This document shows, in pieces, positions 12,431-28,760 of a stretch of 64,000 nt of DNA; position 1 is the first letter of the stretch, and each line of letters opens with the position of its first letter. Location of the stretch: assembly GCA_964016885.1 (NCBI GenBank), contig OZ024740.1, forward strand, positions 92,628,001-92,692,000. The letters are read 5' to 3'. The DNA is from Eledone cirrhosa (lineage: Eukaryota). Position numbers and translations under genes: made by a program. The notes below the pieces were generated by a model that was given only the letters and a program-made list of their open reading frames with translations, was not told the DNA's origin and ran no database searches.

Positions 12431-13659
12431 AGGAATGTTCTGGAGGATGGTGTCAAAGGCCTCATTGTTGAGGGGGCTGTGTGTGGAGATGTATGGAAGA
12501 GCTTTTAGTTTCGGTTGATTTACTTTAGGGTGTCTAAGGTCCTGGGTACTGAGTTTTAGGGCACGTTGGATTCCATTGTCAATTAGTGATGCAGGGTAGT
12601 CCCTTCCTATGAGTGTGTCCTTTAGTTCTTGTAGCCGTAAGAAGCAGGTGTTTTTATTGGAGACTATAGTACAGATTCTCTTGGCTAAGTTGTAGGGAAT
12701 ATTAATTTTAACGTGTCTAGGGTGGCAAGAGTTGAAAGGAAGATATTGCTTGGAGTCTGTGGGCTTGTAGTATATATGTCACATAGTTACTCTATATATC
12801 CGTATATCTCTCATCCACACCCTCTCTTACTATCTGGCTATATCTATGGTCGTTAAATTTGTAGTGGTTGATCACGATGTTAAAGCACTAAAAAATAATT
12901 CATATTACAATGTTGGGGTTAGATCGTGTGTCCTTGTAAGTAATATGCTTTTATTTTAGAATTCCTCATGTTTCTTCCGTTTTTGGCACCCATAATTTCC
13001 CTGCTCCACGATGCGTATATATTAATAATAATAAAAATAGATTTATTGGCCGAGAATCGAAACCGACTAATCAACAAGTTGATAGATATGGTCGGTACAT
13101 GTTACCTGTTGATTAGTCGTCGTTCGTCGTGGAATAAAGATATGCAATATATAACATTTCCGGTTGAAATTTAAACTGAAATATTTGAAAAAGGAATATT
13201 GGAAATAAGCAGATGAATTGATTCTATGATATGGACATGTTCTTCGATATGTGCCATAACTGACTCCTTAGATGTTCTCTTTTGATATCGATCTTTCACG
13301 TCGACTTACCAGCACTTATTTCAAGATGTTGACTGAATTGATTAAATTGATATCAGTTAGCGGCATTCCGATTTGACAGTGAAAATCAATTAGATCACGT
13401 TAATGCACTGTTATATTCTTTATCATATACCATTTTCAAAATGGTGTTGCAGAGGTTTTTTTTTTTTTTTTTTTCTCAGAACCCATGTATTTTCAATAAA
13501 AGCTAAACAGGATTCAATGCAAATAAATAAATGTTGAGAAGATTTTTGTTGTATCATCAGCTGACTGTGAGGACTGGTATCACTGGCAAAATTAAAATTG
13601 AATTGGCCGGGAAGATATCCCATGAGTAATCATATGATCATTGTGAAAGACAAATATAT

Positions 13660-16077
<2,418 letters not shown>

Positions 16078-16169
16078 AGCAAATTATAAACGTAAACATC
16101 TAAGTATGTTTTTGAAACAGTGCGCCAGTTTGAAATTAGAAATTAGAAATTATAAGCTTTCACCGTATT

Positions 16170-16268
16170 TTAGATTAAAGAAATTTCTAGCCTGATAGTG
16201 GGGTTTATAACCCTCGGAGAAATGGAAAAAGATGAGTGTTGCCGTACATGGGAGTCGAACCCACATCT
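16170..16268 (-). mobile_element. tRNA-derived SINE or tRNA pseudogene fragment
   Basis: Reverse complement contains a B-box/T-arm GTGGGTTCGACTCCCA followed by TGTACGGCA; the 5' half is missing (replaced by TA-rich repeat). Confidence 0.45.
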
Positions 16269-16292
16269 TTATATGTATACATATATATTATA

Positions 16293-16369
<77 letters not shown>

Positions 16370-16400
16370 ACTCTCTCTCTCTCTCTATCTGCCTGTATGC

Positions 16401-16440
<40 letters not shown>

Positions 16441-16457
16441 ATATCTATTAACGTTAT

Positions 16458-17918
16458 GGAGAGGCAGACCGATGCCTCCCGACGGTGTCGTCGGACACTG
16501 GACGCAGGGCCCGGTGAAGTTGCTTGGGGTCTGGTTTGGACCGGACCTCCAGGTGGAAAAGAACTGGGACGAGGTTACGAAAAAGGTGTTTGCACTAACC
16601 CAGAAATGGGCCAAGTGTAAGCTGTCCCTAAAAGGTCGGGCGGAGGTGGCGAACATTTACATAGCGCCCGTCACTTACTACCGCCTGACTGTCGTGCCTT
16701 GCCCTAAGGAAACTCTCACCACCATGGAACGCATGCTCTTCCAATTTATTTGGAAGAAGCGCCCTCCTATGGTGAGAAGATCCATCTGCTGCCAACAACC
16801 TTCGTAAGGAGGGCTGGGGAAGCCGTGGTTGATGATGCGTAGGCACGCATTAAGGCTACGGCACCTACAGGTATTCCTCACTGGTCAACCGGTGTGGGCT
16901 CCGTTCGTGAAACGAGCCTTTCCGAGACTCGTCTCGCTCACCGAGCTGCAGTCCTGGGTCAAGCAAACATCCGGAAAACTGGGAGACTGGCACACTGAGT
17001 GTGCCCAGGCGCTCAGGGCTCTCTGGCAAGCGGGCCAGGCCATCGGTGGAGGATCCACCTCATCATTCTATAGAGGGCTGGTGGCTAGCAGGGGCGATGA
17101 CACCCTTGGAGAGTCGCTGGACATGGAAGAGGACGAACTGGCCAGCCTGTTCGGTAGGACTTTCGGCTCGGGAGCAATGGACAACTTCCAGAAGTCACTG
17201 GCCTGGCAGTCCTACCGGGGGCCTCTACCCGTTCGAGAGAGGCTCTACAGACACGGGCGCCCGGGCAGTTATCCCTCGAAAAAGATTTGCCCTAGATGCG
17301 TGCGTCACGAAGAAACCGTTACGCACGCATTGGTGCAATGTCCGGGCGTGGCTGATCTGTGGGGCTACGCCGAACGACTGCTGTCGCGGGTGGTACCGAT
17401 TCGATTGACCACCGAGTCCGTGATGACAATCAAGCCGCCTCCCCTCTTCACAAAGGAAGCAAAGGCGGTTTTTCTGTGCGTAATAGCCATGTTGAAAGAA
17501 GTTGTTTGGTGGACACGATCGAAAGGTCTGAGGTCAGGCAACTTCCTTTCTGGCCATAGTCTGGTCTACCTCTTCCGATATCACTTCGGAAGAAGGATAA
17601 GAATGGAGAGAGAGGTGCTTGGCCACAGGCAGTTTTATGAAAGGTGGGTGATAGTGGCGAGAATGGCTCGTGTAAATGGGCCTTCTCTGTATACCATCCT
17701 GTAGGTAAAGAAGTGAAGGTGAGGGGAGCACCTTTTCCATGTGCTCCCCGTGCAAAGGATTGCACACTTTTTCGGGGGTGTGTGCAACCCCCATCACGTC
17801 CCCTCCCTTTTGAGGTTGTTTTCGATTATTTTCATTTTAAACCCTTTTTACTCGATTTTATGTAAACTCCCCCTTTGTATTTGTCCCTTCTTTTTATGCC
17901 TTTATGGTAAATAAAGAA
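16458..17918 (+). mobile_element. 5'-truncated L1/Tx1-clade LINE with 19-bp target-site duplication
   Basis: ORF2 C-terminus (GPVKLLGVWFG, LSLKGRAEVAN, GGLG, CPRC..ETVTHALVQC) with an in-frame stop at 16805-16807. AATAAA at about 17910. TSD ATATATCTATTAACGTTAT at 16439-16457 and 17919-17937. Confidence 0.92.
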
Positions 17919-18219
17919 ATATATCTATTAACGTTATATCTGCTTCTGGTACTATGGACGTCGCCATAGATACAACTGTCACAAAAGAAAAAAATATATA
18001 TTAACACTTGAACATTTTAACATTTCTACCGCCGAAGCGGAGAAAAATAACAATAACACACATAAAAACACACCAATTAAACCCATTGACATACATACAC
18101 ATGAAAAAGATATCAACAACTCTACAGATACATCTACACATAAAGTTTCACCTCGACAAGGAACTGAGATTTCCAACAACGATAACAACAACATCAACAG
18201 CAACACCACACAAAAAAAG

Positions 18220-19742
18220 AAAATGTATTTCGCTGAAACAGTGAACAAAAGACAAGATTTTATAAATCTTGATATCTCCAACGCAAGAGATATGCTCCAG
18301 CAAGGGAGAACATTTGTAACTTTCGAAGAAAGAGGTGGGTTTGGAATTAACTCACCCCTTGAGAGGAAGACACCATCCGCAGATCAGTCACTTTTAGGAC
18401 TGTGTCAAATTCGACAAGAAAGCCGACATTTGTTAATCAAGATTCTTTCAAGGAAATTCTAGCAAATATCGATTTTCTCAGCGAGGACAACAGTACGGAA
18501 GTGTTTCCGTATTGTTTAAAAGCGAGGCACTCGCCCAAAAAAACTCTGTGACACCAATAGTGTCAAATGCATACACCTTTTTCGATACATACATGGGGAA
18601 AAGGACACAAAAAATAAAAATAAAAAACATACCTCCAAACATTAACATCTGGTGGATCTTGGCTGGCTTCGTAGAGCCAGAAACAGACATAATACTTACA
18701 ACACGAAAACCTATTCGAGAAAGGTGGGCGGGCACAGATTTGGAGATTCTGTTGCAAATGAAACCGGAGAGAATCTCCAAAATACCCGAAAGAGTCGTTA
18801 TTGATAATAAACATTTCGGTAGAATGACGAAAATGTCATTGCTTTCGCTGTGGTAGCACAACTCACCTAAAAGCCTCTTGTCCACAAACACACAACAACA
18901 ACATCATAAAAAACGCTATTACCAACACCAACACCAAAACAACCACCACCACCACAAGTACAACGACAGACGAAACGAGCAACCACACCAAAACAAACAG
19001 ACACTCAACCAACAACAACAGAAAAAAACAGAGACAACACCCCTGAAGAACACATCCCCACTCCATCCCACTCCATCAAACACTACCACAAACAGACATA
19101 CCGAAACACCACCACCACACAACATACCCTTACCCCACACACCTGACGATGATTATTCATCGACGGATGAAGCTGCTTCTCCTTCTTTAAGTGAAGAAGA
19201 GGGAGAACCGCGGAAATCTAAAAAACAAAAAAAGAGACACCACAAAACCCCCAAAACTCCAATCACCAACACCAACACACAACCACAGACACAAACAAAC
19301 AACAACACAAACAACATCACAGTCAAACATCCCCCTATCAGCAAAACCAGCACCAACACGACCCCAAACACAAGCACCCTCCATAAAAAGAAAACTCCCG
19401 GATGAACAACAAACTAAAACAACACAACAAAAACACAAACAACAATACGCATACATCAACACAAACAACAAGAGTTTGATGGAGGTCATCTCCCACAACC
19501 CGAAGGTGGAGACGGAGGGCAAAACTTTCGTCAAGGCAGAATCGTCTCCACACCTTAAACTTATAAGGGTTTCTATGGAAACCTATAAAGATCTAAAAAT
19601 TAAATTTTCACAGGACGTGGGCAACCCCTTCCACGAACCCATCAACCGCGTCCTGTTAAAATGTTTCCCCAACCCACCCAATACCCCATCCAGCACCCAA
19701 ATTGAGATTGAACAACCCGATCTCCAGGAAACGAAAAAGTAA
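18220..19742 (+). pseudogene. Frameshifted ORF1 of L1/Tx1 LINE (RRM-like region, CCHC zinc knuckle, low-complexity tail)
   Basis: CFRCGSTTHLKASC (C-x2-C-x4-H-x4-C) at 18840-18881, preceded by YMGKRTQKIKIKNIPPNI; lies immediately upstream of ORF2. Confidence 0.75.
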
Positions 19743-19783
19743 GTGCACCTTTCGTCCTTTTTCTCCAACTTTTCTTCACCAAC

Positions 19784-22700
19784 ATGGCTGGTTTACGAGT
19801 TAGAACCGTGAATGCGCGTGGCCTAGGGATGCCCTGGAAACAGGGCCAACTTTTAAACGACCTTAGGTCACACAGTATGGATGTGATAGCCATAACCGAG
19901 TCCATGATCCACAACAGGCAGCAACTAACCCCCATCTTCGATGACTTTGAGATCTACGCATCTCTCTGTCAGCCAGGAGGTGGAGGTGGAGTGACTGTTA
20001 TGTTTCGGAAGAACCTGGACGTCGGAGTACAGCAAGTACACTTGGACCCGGAGGGTAGACTGGTAGTCCTAGACGTGAACAGTATCGGAGGTGGAGCCTT
20101 CAGACTGGTGGCCGTTTATGCCCCGACCGGGCAATCGCAATCACGGCCAGACTTCTTTAAGCGTCTAGAGTCTTTTCTGGGAAAGTCTCGCTCCTTACTT
20201 TTAGTGGGGGACTGGAATCGTATCCTAGATGCACGATGGGACTATGTGGGAGCATGTCCCAGTAGAGCGGGCTGCAACAGCCACAAAACTTTAATCGGCC
20301 AATTCCAACTGGCCGATATCTATCGACTGGATTTCCCGACTGCACCACAGTGGACGTGGGTAAACCGCAGTGGGACATCTAGATCGTATTTAGATAGGTT
20401 ATTCATTAGAGAAAAGGACAAGGAGATGTTAAGCTGTCCACGAATGCACATGGTTGCCTATTCAGATCACAAGTTAGTCGTCTGCTTAGTCAACCGTGAT
20501 AGAATACATAGACAGGGTCCCGGATACTGGAAGCTTAACGTGTCGTTCCCGGCACGTAAAGCTTACAGTGAACGGATAAGTAGACTAGTCAAGCAACAGT
20601 TAACGGGAGCCATCGTCACCAATAGATGGTGGTACTCTCTCAAGAAAGCAATTAGAATAGAATCGATAGGGTATAGCAGAGAGTTAGCCTTAGAGAAAAA
20701 CAGAATAGAAAGAGAACTAGTAGCCAATGTAGAGGAGGCACTTAGAAGTGGCAACGCGACTAGAGAGTTAGCGTCGAGAACGGCACTGGACCAGTTCTTC
20801 GATGCGAAACACGAAGGCTGCGTGGTCAGAAGTAAATCACGTGCTCTAGGAAACGAAGGAGCGAAAGCTGTCAGCTGGGCCCGAGTGGCGGACGCAAAAA
20901 GTGGCAACAAGTCCACGATTCGGTCTTTGAAAGACCAAAACGGACGCGTGCTACTTGACGCCAAGCAAATGTGCGCGGCCTTTCAGCGGCACTTTGCGCG
21001 ACTGTTTGAGCAGAACGACGGTGAGCCGAACGGGGCAATGGACCCCAGTTCATACCTCGACGCCCTGCCGCGTGTCTAGAACACGGACGCCGAGTTCTGC
21101 GAAAGACCGATCACGGACACTGAGATACGGTACACTCTGGGCCGCTGCGAGAAACGCAAATCACCCGGTCTAGATGGTCTACCCTACGAATTTTACATAG
21201 GCATGCCGGACTTGTTCTCTGGCGTCCTCGAAGCCGTCTACTGCAATTGGCAGCAGAACGGGAGAATTCCCAGTTCTGCAGGCAAGGGCGTAGTAACGCT
21301 GATCAGGAAAGACGAGAACAAAGGGGACGAAATTAACAACTTCAGGCCCATAACTCTGCTCAACACAGAGTTAAAGATGTTGGCCAAGGTGCTAGCGACG
21401 AGGTTGGCGCTTGTCGTCGAGAACCTGGTAGGGAAAGCGCAAACGTGTGTAATCCAGACCAGGTCCATACACGACAAACTACACCTCATGCGATACATCA
21501 TAGAGAGGGTGGGTAGTAAACCCGGCTTCCGTGGGGCTCTGATCAACTTGGATCAGTCTAAGGCATTCGATATGGTCGACCATCGATACTTGGAAGCGGT
21601 TCTCAAGGCGGCCGGTTTCGGTCCCGTGTCCAGAGGATGGATCGAGGCGATGCACACCAGCATCTGCTCGAGGGTCAAGGTGAACAGCTACCTATCGGAG
21701 CCGTTCGCAATCACGCGTACCATTCGACAGGGATGCCCTCTCTCCTCCATTCTGTATATATTGACTCTAGAGCCACTACTGCGGAAATTGGAGCTGTTGC
21801 AGTGCATCCCCCTAGAACCGGGACTGCGCAAAACAGCGTCGGCTTATGCCGATGACGTATCGGTAATGGTTTCGAGCACCTCGGAAATCGGGGTGATAGG
21901 CAACTTACTGAAAGAATACGAAACGCTGACGGGAGCAAAACTAAACCAAGACAAATCTGTCGGTTTGCAACTCGGTACGTGGAGAGGCAAACCGATGACA
22001 TCCGACAGCGTCGTTGAACGCTGGACGGACGGACCGGTGAAATTGCTCGGGGTCTGGTTCGGTCCATACCTCCAGGTGGAGAAAAACTGGAACGAGGTCA
22101 CGGCCAAGGTGTTTGCATTCACTCAGAAGTGGGGAGAGTGCAAACTGTCCTTGAAAGGTCGAGCGGAGGTGGCGAACACTTTCATAGCGTCCGTCATCTA
22201 CTACCGCTTCACTGTCGTGCCTTGACCCCGTGAACACCTCGCCAAGATGGAACGTATGCTCTTCCAGTTTCTGTGGAAGAAGCAGGTTCCGCTGGTGGGG
22301 AGATCCGTCTACTGTCAGCAGCCTTCCAACGGAGGGCTGGGAATGCCGTGGCTGATGATGCGCAAACATGCGCTGAGGATGCGGCATCTCCAGGTATTCC
22401 TCACCGACCCCCAACCGGTGTGGGCACCGTTTGTGAGACAGGCTTTCCCACAGCTCGTCTCGCTAACGGAGCTGCAGTCCTGGGTGAAGAAAAGACCGAA
22501 ACGATGGGCGCCTGGCACATTGAATGCGCTCAGGCGCTCACAGTCCTTTGGCAAGCGGGCGCAGCAATAAGTGGAGACTCCACTTCGACATTCTATAGAG
22601 GGATTGTATGTTACGAGGGCGACGACGTGCACGGAGAGACTCTGGGCGTCGAAGACGATGAGCTCACCAGTCTGTTTGGCAGGACTTTCCGCCCGGGACC

Positions 22701-23172
22701 TATGGACAACTTCCAGAGGTCCCTGGCCTCGCAATGCTACCGAGGAGCTCTACCGGCTCGTGACAATATCTACAGGCACGGACGCCCTGGCAGGTATCCT
22801 TCCAAGAGGACGTGTCCAACATGTGCGCAGGACATTGAAACAGATCTGCACGCAATTGTACACTGCCCGGGCGTAACCGACCTGTGGAACTATGCAGAAC
22901 AACTGCTGTCGCGTATGGGACAAATCCAGTTGACTGCCGAATCCATAGTAAGGATCAAACCGCCAGCCTCTTTCAAAAACGAAAGAGAAGCGGTTTTCCT
23001 CTGTACGGTGGCTATGTTGCAAGAAGTTATATGGTGGACGAGGTTGAGAGGCCTGAGGACAGATGCCTTTCTCTCCGGACAACAATTGATTCCCTTCTTT
23101 AAGTATCACTTTAGTAGGGGAATCAGGGTGGAAAGAGAGGCACTACACCCCAGTAAATTTAACTGTAAATAG
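19784..23172 (+). pseudogene. L1/Tx1 LINE ORF2: APE endonuclease, reverse transcriptase and C-terminal Zn finger (2 in-frame stops, 1 frameshift, 3'-truncated)
   Basis: TVNARGL, VYAP, VGDWN, SYLDR, YSDH (APE); KSPGLDG, FRPITLLN, LDQSKAFD, IRQGCPLS, YADD (RT); CPTC..HAIVHC. Stops at 21077-79 and 22223-25 are in the same frame; frameshift at about 22505. Confidence 0.95.
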
Positions 23173-23846
23173 TGTGGAATTAAAGCAAGATATTAACCAC
23201 TTCTTAGTTATAAAATCTGCATTCTTCCACATGTTTCATGTAGTTACACATAGATATAACCACAACAGAGAAGATAGATATATGAAACCCTTCATAAAAT
23301 CATAAGGATAAATAATGCTTTTAGCGTTTACATACTGATGACACCTTTCTTCACTTCTCTCGTCTCTTACGCACTTAAAAAAAAAACATATTATGTCACT
23401 CTGACACTGCTCTTCTTGCAGTTACTTTCAGTAACCAAACCTGGAAATGTCCCTTCATATTATAATACAAATTTAAAATATGTGCGGATGTTACTAATTC
23501 AGTTTAATGATTGGCTTCGTCATTTTGGAAATGCGATGTAACAATATATTACGTTTTATATATTAGTAATAGCAGAGCACGATTAGCAGAAGTTAGCCGT
23601 GCTGAGTTCCCGCTCTGTATAGAGTGCAGTGACTGACCCTCCCTATCACACTTTCTTTCATTGCTTGAACATTTTTTCTTTTATTTTCATTTACATTTTT
23701 CTTCTTTCAACGTTGTTCCAATTTAGAAAACAATTTAAACACGTTATAAACATGTCACCTTCAAATAAATGCAGTCATTGGAAAAGCATAGAGTGAGTAA
23801 TAGCGCTTGACTTGTGGAATTTAGTTGAGCGTTCATAGCCTCCTAC

Positions 23847-24060
23847 CTATTGGGCAATGCGGTCGGTGAAAACGCATTTCCTCGTTTTACAGACGATTAT
23901 TGGTAGGGATATGTGACAACTTTTATTTAGAAATTCTGGACACCGAAAACCATCAGCTATTTGCTTTTCTGAAGAACGTTCGAGCTTCGCCCATGGATAG
24001 CTCCTATAGATATCTGGTCTGTAAGGGCTAGCAGTGGACATTGTCGGTTCAAAATAATCT
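23847..24060 (-). pseudogene. Possible Tc1/mariner transposase C-terminal relic
   Basis: SPYRPDI..YPWAKLE loosely resembles WPPYSPDLNP..W..LE. Confidence 0.3.
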
Positions 24061-24144
24061 CTACAGATACGTAAGTGCCGTCGGTCTGGTTTGTCTGAAA
24101 TTTACAGAGGGAAACGAAACCCACCTGTAAGCAAACATCAAAGC

Positions 24145-24630
24145 TACCAGTAATGCACTGGGTAATTGCTGGCCTTGTGCCTAAAGTAGAAACAATTATT
24201 ATTGTCATTCTTCTTAAATATAACATGTACATGTGGATTACTAGAATAGGAACGTAGACAACAAATGCATTTTTATCAAACATATTCCATTTCTAGGTTT
24301 TGAGTTCAAATTCCTTCGGTCTTAACTGTGCCTTTCCTCTTTCGAGGGCCGATAATGTAACATTCTGTCGAATCACTGAAAGGTTTGAAATTGTAGTGTT
24401 GCTCCAATGTTAGAAACGATTATTATTTGCGTAGATTTTATTCTTTTTCTTTCTGTCCCGTATTATTTCCTTCGCCATGCTTTGCAGCACAGTTACGTCC
24501 CTTTACAGACTGAGTTCAAATCCCGCCAAGGTTAACTTTGCTTTTCATCCTTACGGGGTCTATAAAATAAAGTACCAGTAATGCACTGGGATAATTGCTG
24601 GCCTTGTGCTAAAAGCAGAAATAATTATTT
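24145..24630 (+). mobile_element. Cluster of SINE fragments (24145-24202, degenerate 24295-24425, 24510-24630)
   Basis: Same core and tail sequence as the other SINE copies (TTTCATCCTTACGGGGTC..GTACCAGTAATGCACTGGG..GGCCTTGTGC..AGAAACAATTATT). Confidence 0.8.
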
Positions 24631-26262
24631 CCTTATTATTTATTCTCCGTTGTGATCATCACTTCGTCTTATTTTTTTGTACAATATTACTGATATTTAT
24701 TGTACATCTTCTTCCACTTACTTCAGATTGTATATTTTGAAAGAAAAGTTGGAAAATTGTTGGCATTACATAGATTGCCTTTTTTTAATTAGATATTTTC
24801 TATAATTTGTTTTATACTATTTATGATATCTTTTGTCTTGGCATGCAATGCTTTTATTTCAAATTATGGCAGAAAATGAATTGCATACATGACATGAATA
24901 TTGAATATTCAGCGAAGAAAAAAACGTTCATTGTTATAAGAATGTAATGGGAAGAAATAAAAAATGAGTTATAACAATAATAATGATGCTTTTTATAATG
25001 AAGATTATTTGCATGCTACGACTACAACTTGTACAAAATCTGGAGCACATTCAGTAGTAGTAGTAGCGGTATCAGTGCCAGCAACAGTAGCAGCAACAAT
25101 ATAGTAGTAAAATCAGTAGTAATAGTGGATGTGGTGGTAATGAAATCTTCATTAAAGATATCGTTAAATATTTGCCTAGCCCCATAACAAAGTATGCCCT
25201 AGTAGTACTAAAAAAACTTGCTACTAATTGATCTGATGTATTAGTTCTTATTACTGCTATTTCATCCCTACTGTGATGTTGTTGTGATTAATGTTTTAGT
25301 AGTTGTGCAGTTGGGAGTAAGGGATTACTTTACATTATTACACGAATGCAGAAAACACATCTTCAGATATAAAATCATTGAATCTGGAGATATTTATTAT
25401 CTTCTTTAGGATAAGCAGAACATGCACTTCCACTCTTAAGTGAGCCTATTTCTCCCCTTGCTATTTGAATTTCATAATGTATATCCATTTCTAGTGGCTT
25501 ATGTGTGAGAGTAAACATAGTTATGTTCGTCAGAATGTTATATTTATATGTATTCCCCTACTCCATAGCCTCTGCTTCAATGACACATAGATTAGAATAT
25601 TTTATTCATATAGATTTTGATTTGTGCTAATGGGGTGTTTCCTTCCATTTTTTTTTCCATGTATACGCTAATATCTCAGATTTTGACGGTGGTGGTGGCT
25701 TGGTGATGATTCTGCTGCTACTGTTTGTGACATAAGTGACATTTGACGGGAGTTTAGATATGAGTAGTGAATAAATACATTATCTTGTTGCTATATATCG
25801 ATGATTAACAATTTTATATAATTTCGACTTAGTTGACTTGAAAATAAATCTACTGAAATTTGATCGAATGCAAACACGATCTGCGTAGTTTCAAAGGGAA
25901 TGAGTGCTCTCATGAAAGAATTTACCGGGAAAACGCCAAAGACACATTTCTGAAAATCTGTAAATATGATTTAAGAAGATTTATCTTTGTGTAGCTCTTT
26001 CTGCAGGAGTACCACTCCTCTTCCACATACAGTACGTATATTGTTTCAAAATTGGCATTAGACAACGAGAAATGAAATTCATTTGTGAATATGCTCGTCT
26101 CGTTACAGTAAAGTGTGTAAAGTAGACCAACAATTATGGGTGAGTATGTCATTGCAATCGTGCTCCAACATGTAATGTTGAAATTACTGTTCACACCAGC
26201 GCATATCTGAAGATGTTTTAAATTATGCTATTTAAATTACATCTAAAACACGATTATTATTT

Positions 26263-26449
26263 TGGATTGGCAGTATCGGTAGAGGGTCAGAGGCTATGCT
26301 TTGACACATAGAGTTACGGCCTTTGTCATTCTGAGTTCGAATTCCGCCGAGGTTAACTTTGCCTTTCATCCTTACGGGGTCGATAAAATAAAGTACCAGT
26401 AATGCACTGGGAACATTGCAGACCTTGTGCAAAAGTTGAAACAATTATT
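26263..26449 (+). mobile_element. Near full-length tRNA-derived SINE
   Basis: A-box-like TGGCAGTATCGG, B-box GAGTTCGAATTCC, core GCCTTTCATCCTTACGGGGTCGATAAAATAAAGTACCAG, tail GAAACAATTATT. Confidence 0.85.
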
Positions 26450-28329
26450 TTAAAAATAGAAAACTGTTTTAAGAGAACAAATGATACGAGTTGCATTCAA
26501 AACATATCCATCCTTTAGGCATAAAAAAGACAATTTTGTACGTCTCACAAATGTTATTTAATCAAACTCCAAATAGTATTGTTGTGAGTTCACTCACTTC
26601 TTCCAGCAGTTCTGCCACTGCATGTAACAGGTGTAGCACGCCTTCTCTGGAATACCATTGCTTTTGTTATAATTTCCTCTCGCGTCTTACCTGTCAAATA
26701 GGAAATTTCCGACAGCTTTCTAAGCTCAGTCTCATGAATCTGACATGTAACCTTCAGAAATGATTCCTTAATGATTATTTGTCCTTGTGGACCATTTTCA
26801 TAGGGCACAATACCAACATAATTTACAGAAACAAGTTAATATTTCCTTCATATTGTTGCGAACCTGTCGTGCATTTTGGGGTTTTGGTGATGACTGATAG
26901 TTCATTAGAAAGGACAGGAACATGATTTCCGGGTCATTAATTTAAACACATGTTTCATCGTCAATGATAATGCCCTTCCCGATTCTGGTTCGTCGTTTGC
27001 AAAGTCTAGCATGTTTTAAAGGATTTCCATGCGGTATTGTTTCTGCTGCTCCAGATGGATATATATGGTTATTTGAGATAGAAGAATTATTTACAAATTT
27101 GATGTAGACATAACTATATATTTTTCTTCAGTTCAGTGGCGTAACAAATGTATTCTAAGATATCATTACATGCAAATATTCTCTCTTTTCAATCTCTACC
27201 AAGTTAAAATGAATATTGTTTATTTAAAACTCTGCTAACGCAGGCACACATCAAGTAATACAGTCATTTCACTCAACTATATCTATATTTCATATTACTC
27301 CCTTTATACGATGTATGAAGATTTTATTAAATTCGTGGAAATGGTTGTAATTGCCATATACTGTTGCAAATAATAGCTAAATATGTGTATATTGATAACA
27401 TCTGGTGGAATGCATGGTTTTGATGCGAATCTTATAAATACAATTTTCTGGAGACTGTGCAATATACGGATTAAGAAACAGTTCTGTCTGAATGACGATA
27501 GATATCTAACAAAATGTCTAAAGCCGATGCCCAGAACCTTTTTGCAATGGTATATGATCATGATAGTAATGAGTAGAAGTGCTTGCATTAGAGCAATATT
27601 TTATAGACGAATATCATATATTGATGTATTATATTTAAACAAATATGTGGTTATATGAACTACATTATGAATTTTTCAAAAATGTTTCTATCAATTCGAA
27701 ATATACTAGTGAAAACGGAAGAAATAAATAAACATAGACATACGGGTGATGGCATGCACTATACTGTTAATATCATTTGAAGATTATTTGCGATTGAAAC
27801 ACGCAAAGAAGGAAGCGAGATCTATGAAATTATCATAACTTAATGATGGTGTTATAAATGTAAATACGAATCAATATCACTTGCAATCAAAATGTCGACA
27901 TATATATATATGGACAAGAAGCACATGCAACCAGGTCGGTCTTAACAGCATTATAGTCCCCCGGGCAAAGCAGAGCACTGGCGCCACTACCTACAAAACC
28001 ACTCACAGGAATAAACATACAAATGATGAATATAATTAAATATATATTATTGTATTGGTATTTCTAACGGAATCAGTGTTTATATATTAAAAAGATGTGG
28101 TACATCAAAGATTAATTAACACAAACGTTTGAACAATATAACATGAGCCTTGAAAAACACAAACATTTCAGCACAAATGATATTCAATTCGTAAAACATA
28201 CAGACGGAGATCGCGCAGTATCAATTTACGATGAACTATTTATTAATAATCAGGTGTTCAATACAAATACTTGCGAAATTTCCAGTAATTTGAATAAAAT
28301 CGGGAACATATACTAGTGTAGTATTTTTC

Positions 28330-28760
28330 ACCCACGTTGTTGTAATATTTTCAATGGCGTCCTGGAGATCTCATTCGTTTTCACTTTCAAAACAATCATC
28401 GTCGGACGAAATTTCAGAAGTATAAACATCTGATTCATTTGAAGATAAATCACTAATATTATCGTCTGTTTCTTGTTTATTCTGAAGGTCGTCGTGTGTA
28501 AAACCTTCAAAGTCAGTATCGCTACGTTCATAAGCCATGTTGATACAAAAAAAAAGTTGTTGCACTTTCAAAGTGAAAAAAAAACAATTGTTGTTTTAAT
28601 TTGTTCCACTATATTAAGTGCTAATTTTCGCGGTAAGAGCCTAATCTCGCAGCAGTCTTGAATTAACGAGATTTTGATGAAGGTTTGTTTATATTTAGAA
28701 CGATGTTTTAGTGTGGGTGTTTTCGGGCGATTTCGGGTGGTTTGAACACTAAAGGGTTAA
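28330..28760 (-). mobile_element. piggyBac-like 5' end fragment nested in the hAT element
   Basis: Minus strand begins TTAA|CCCTTTAG; downstream acidic peptide SDTDFEGFTHDDL..SSDDD is typical of piggyBac transposase N-termini. Confidence 0.5.

Larger units (their letters stand above)
10707..12775 (-). mobile_element. 5'-truncated Penelope-like element (Neptune-like): RT thumb, GIY-YIG, microsatellite-rich 3' UTR/pLTR
   Basis: YYKPTDSKQYLPFNSCHP..NIPYNLAKRICTIV on minus at about 12660-12775; GIY-YIG ORF 11930-12430; 3' region homologous to 62785-64000; internal tandem duplication of about 120 bp at 10942-11174. Confidence 0.88.

Noticed and set aside
16240-16268. tRNA gene
   Set aside because: Only a T-arm/B-box is present; no D-arm or anticodon arm, so no cloverleaf.
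22223-22225. In-frame TGA at a position that is Cys in the paralogous Tx1 copy (possible selenocysteine)
   Set aside because: The same ORF also has a TAG and a frameshift, and no SECIS is evident; a simple TGC/TGT-to-TGA decay is more parsimonious.
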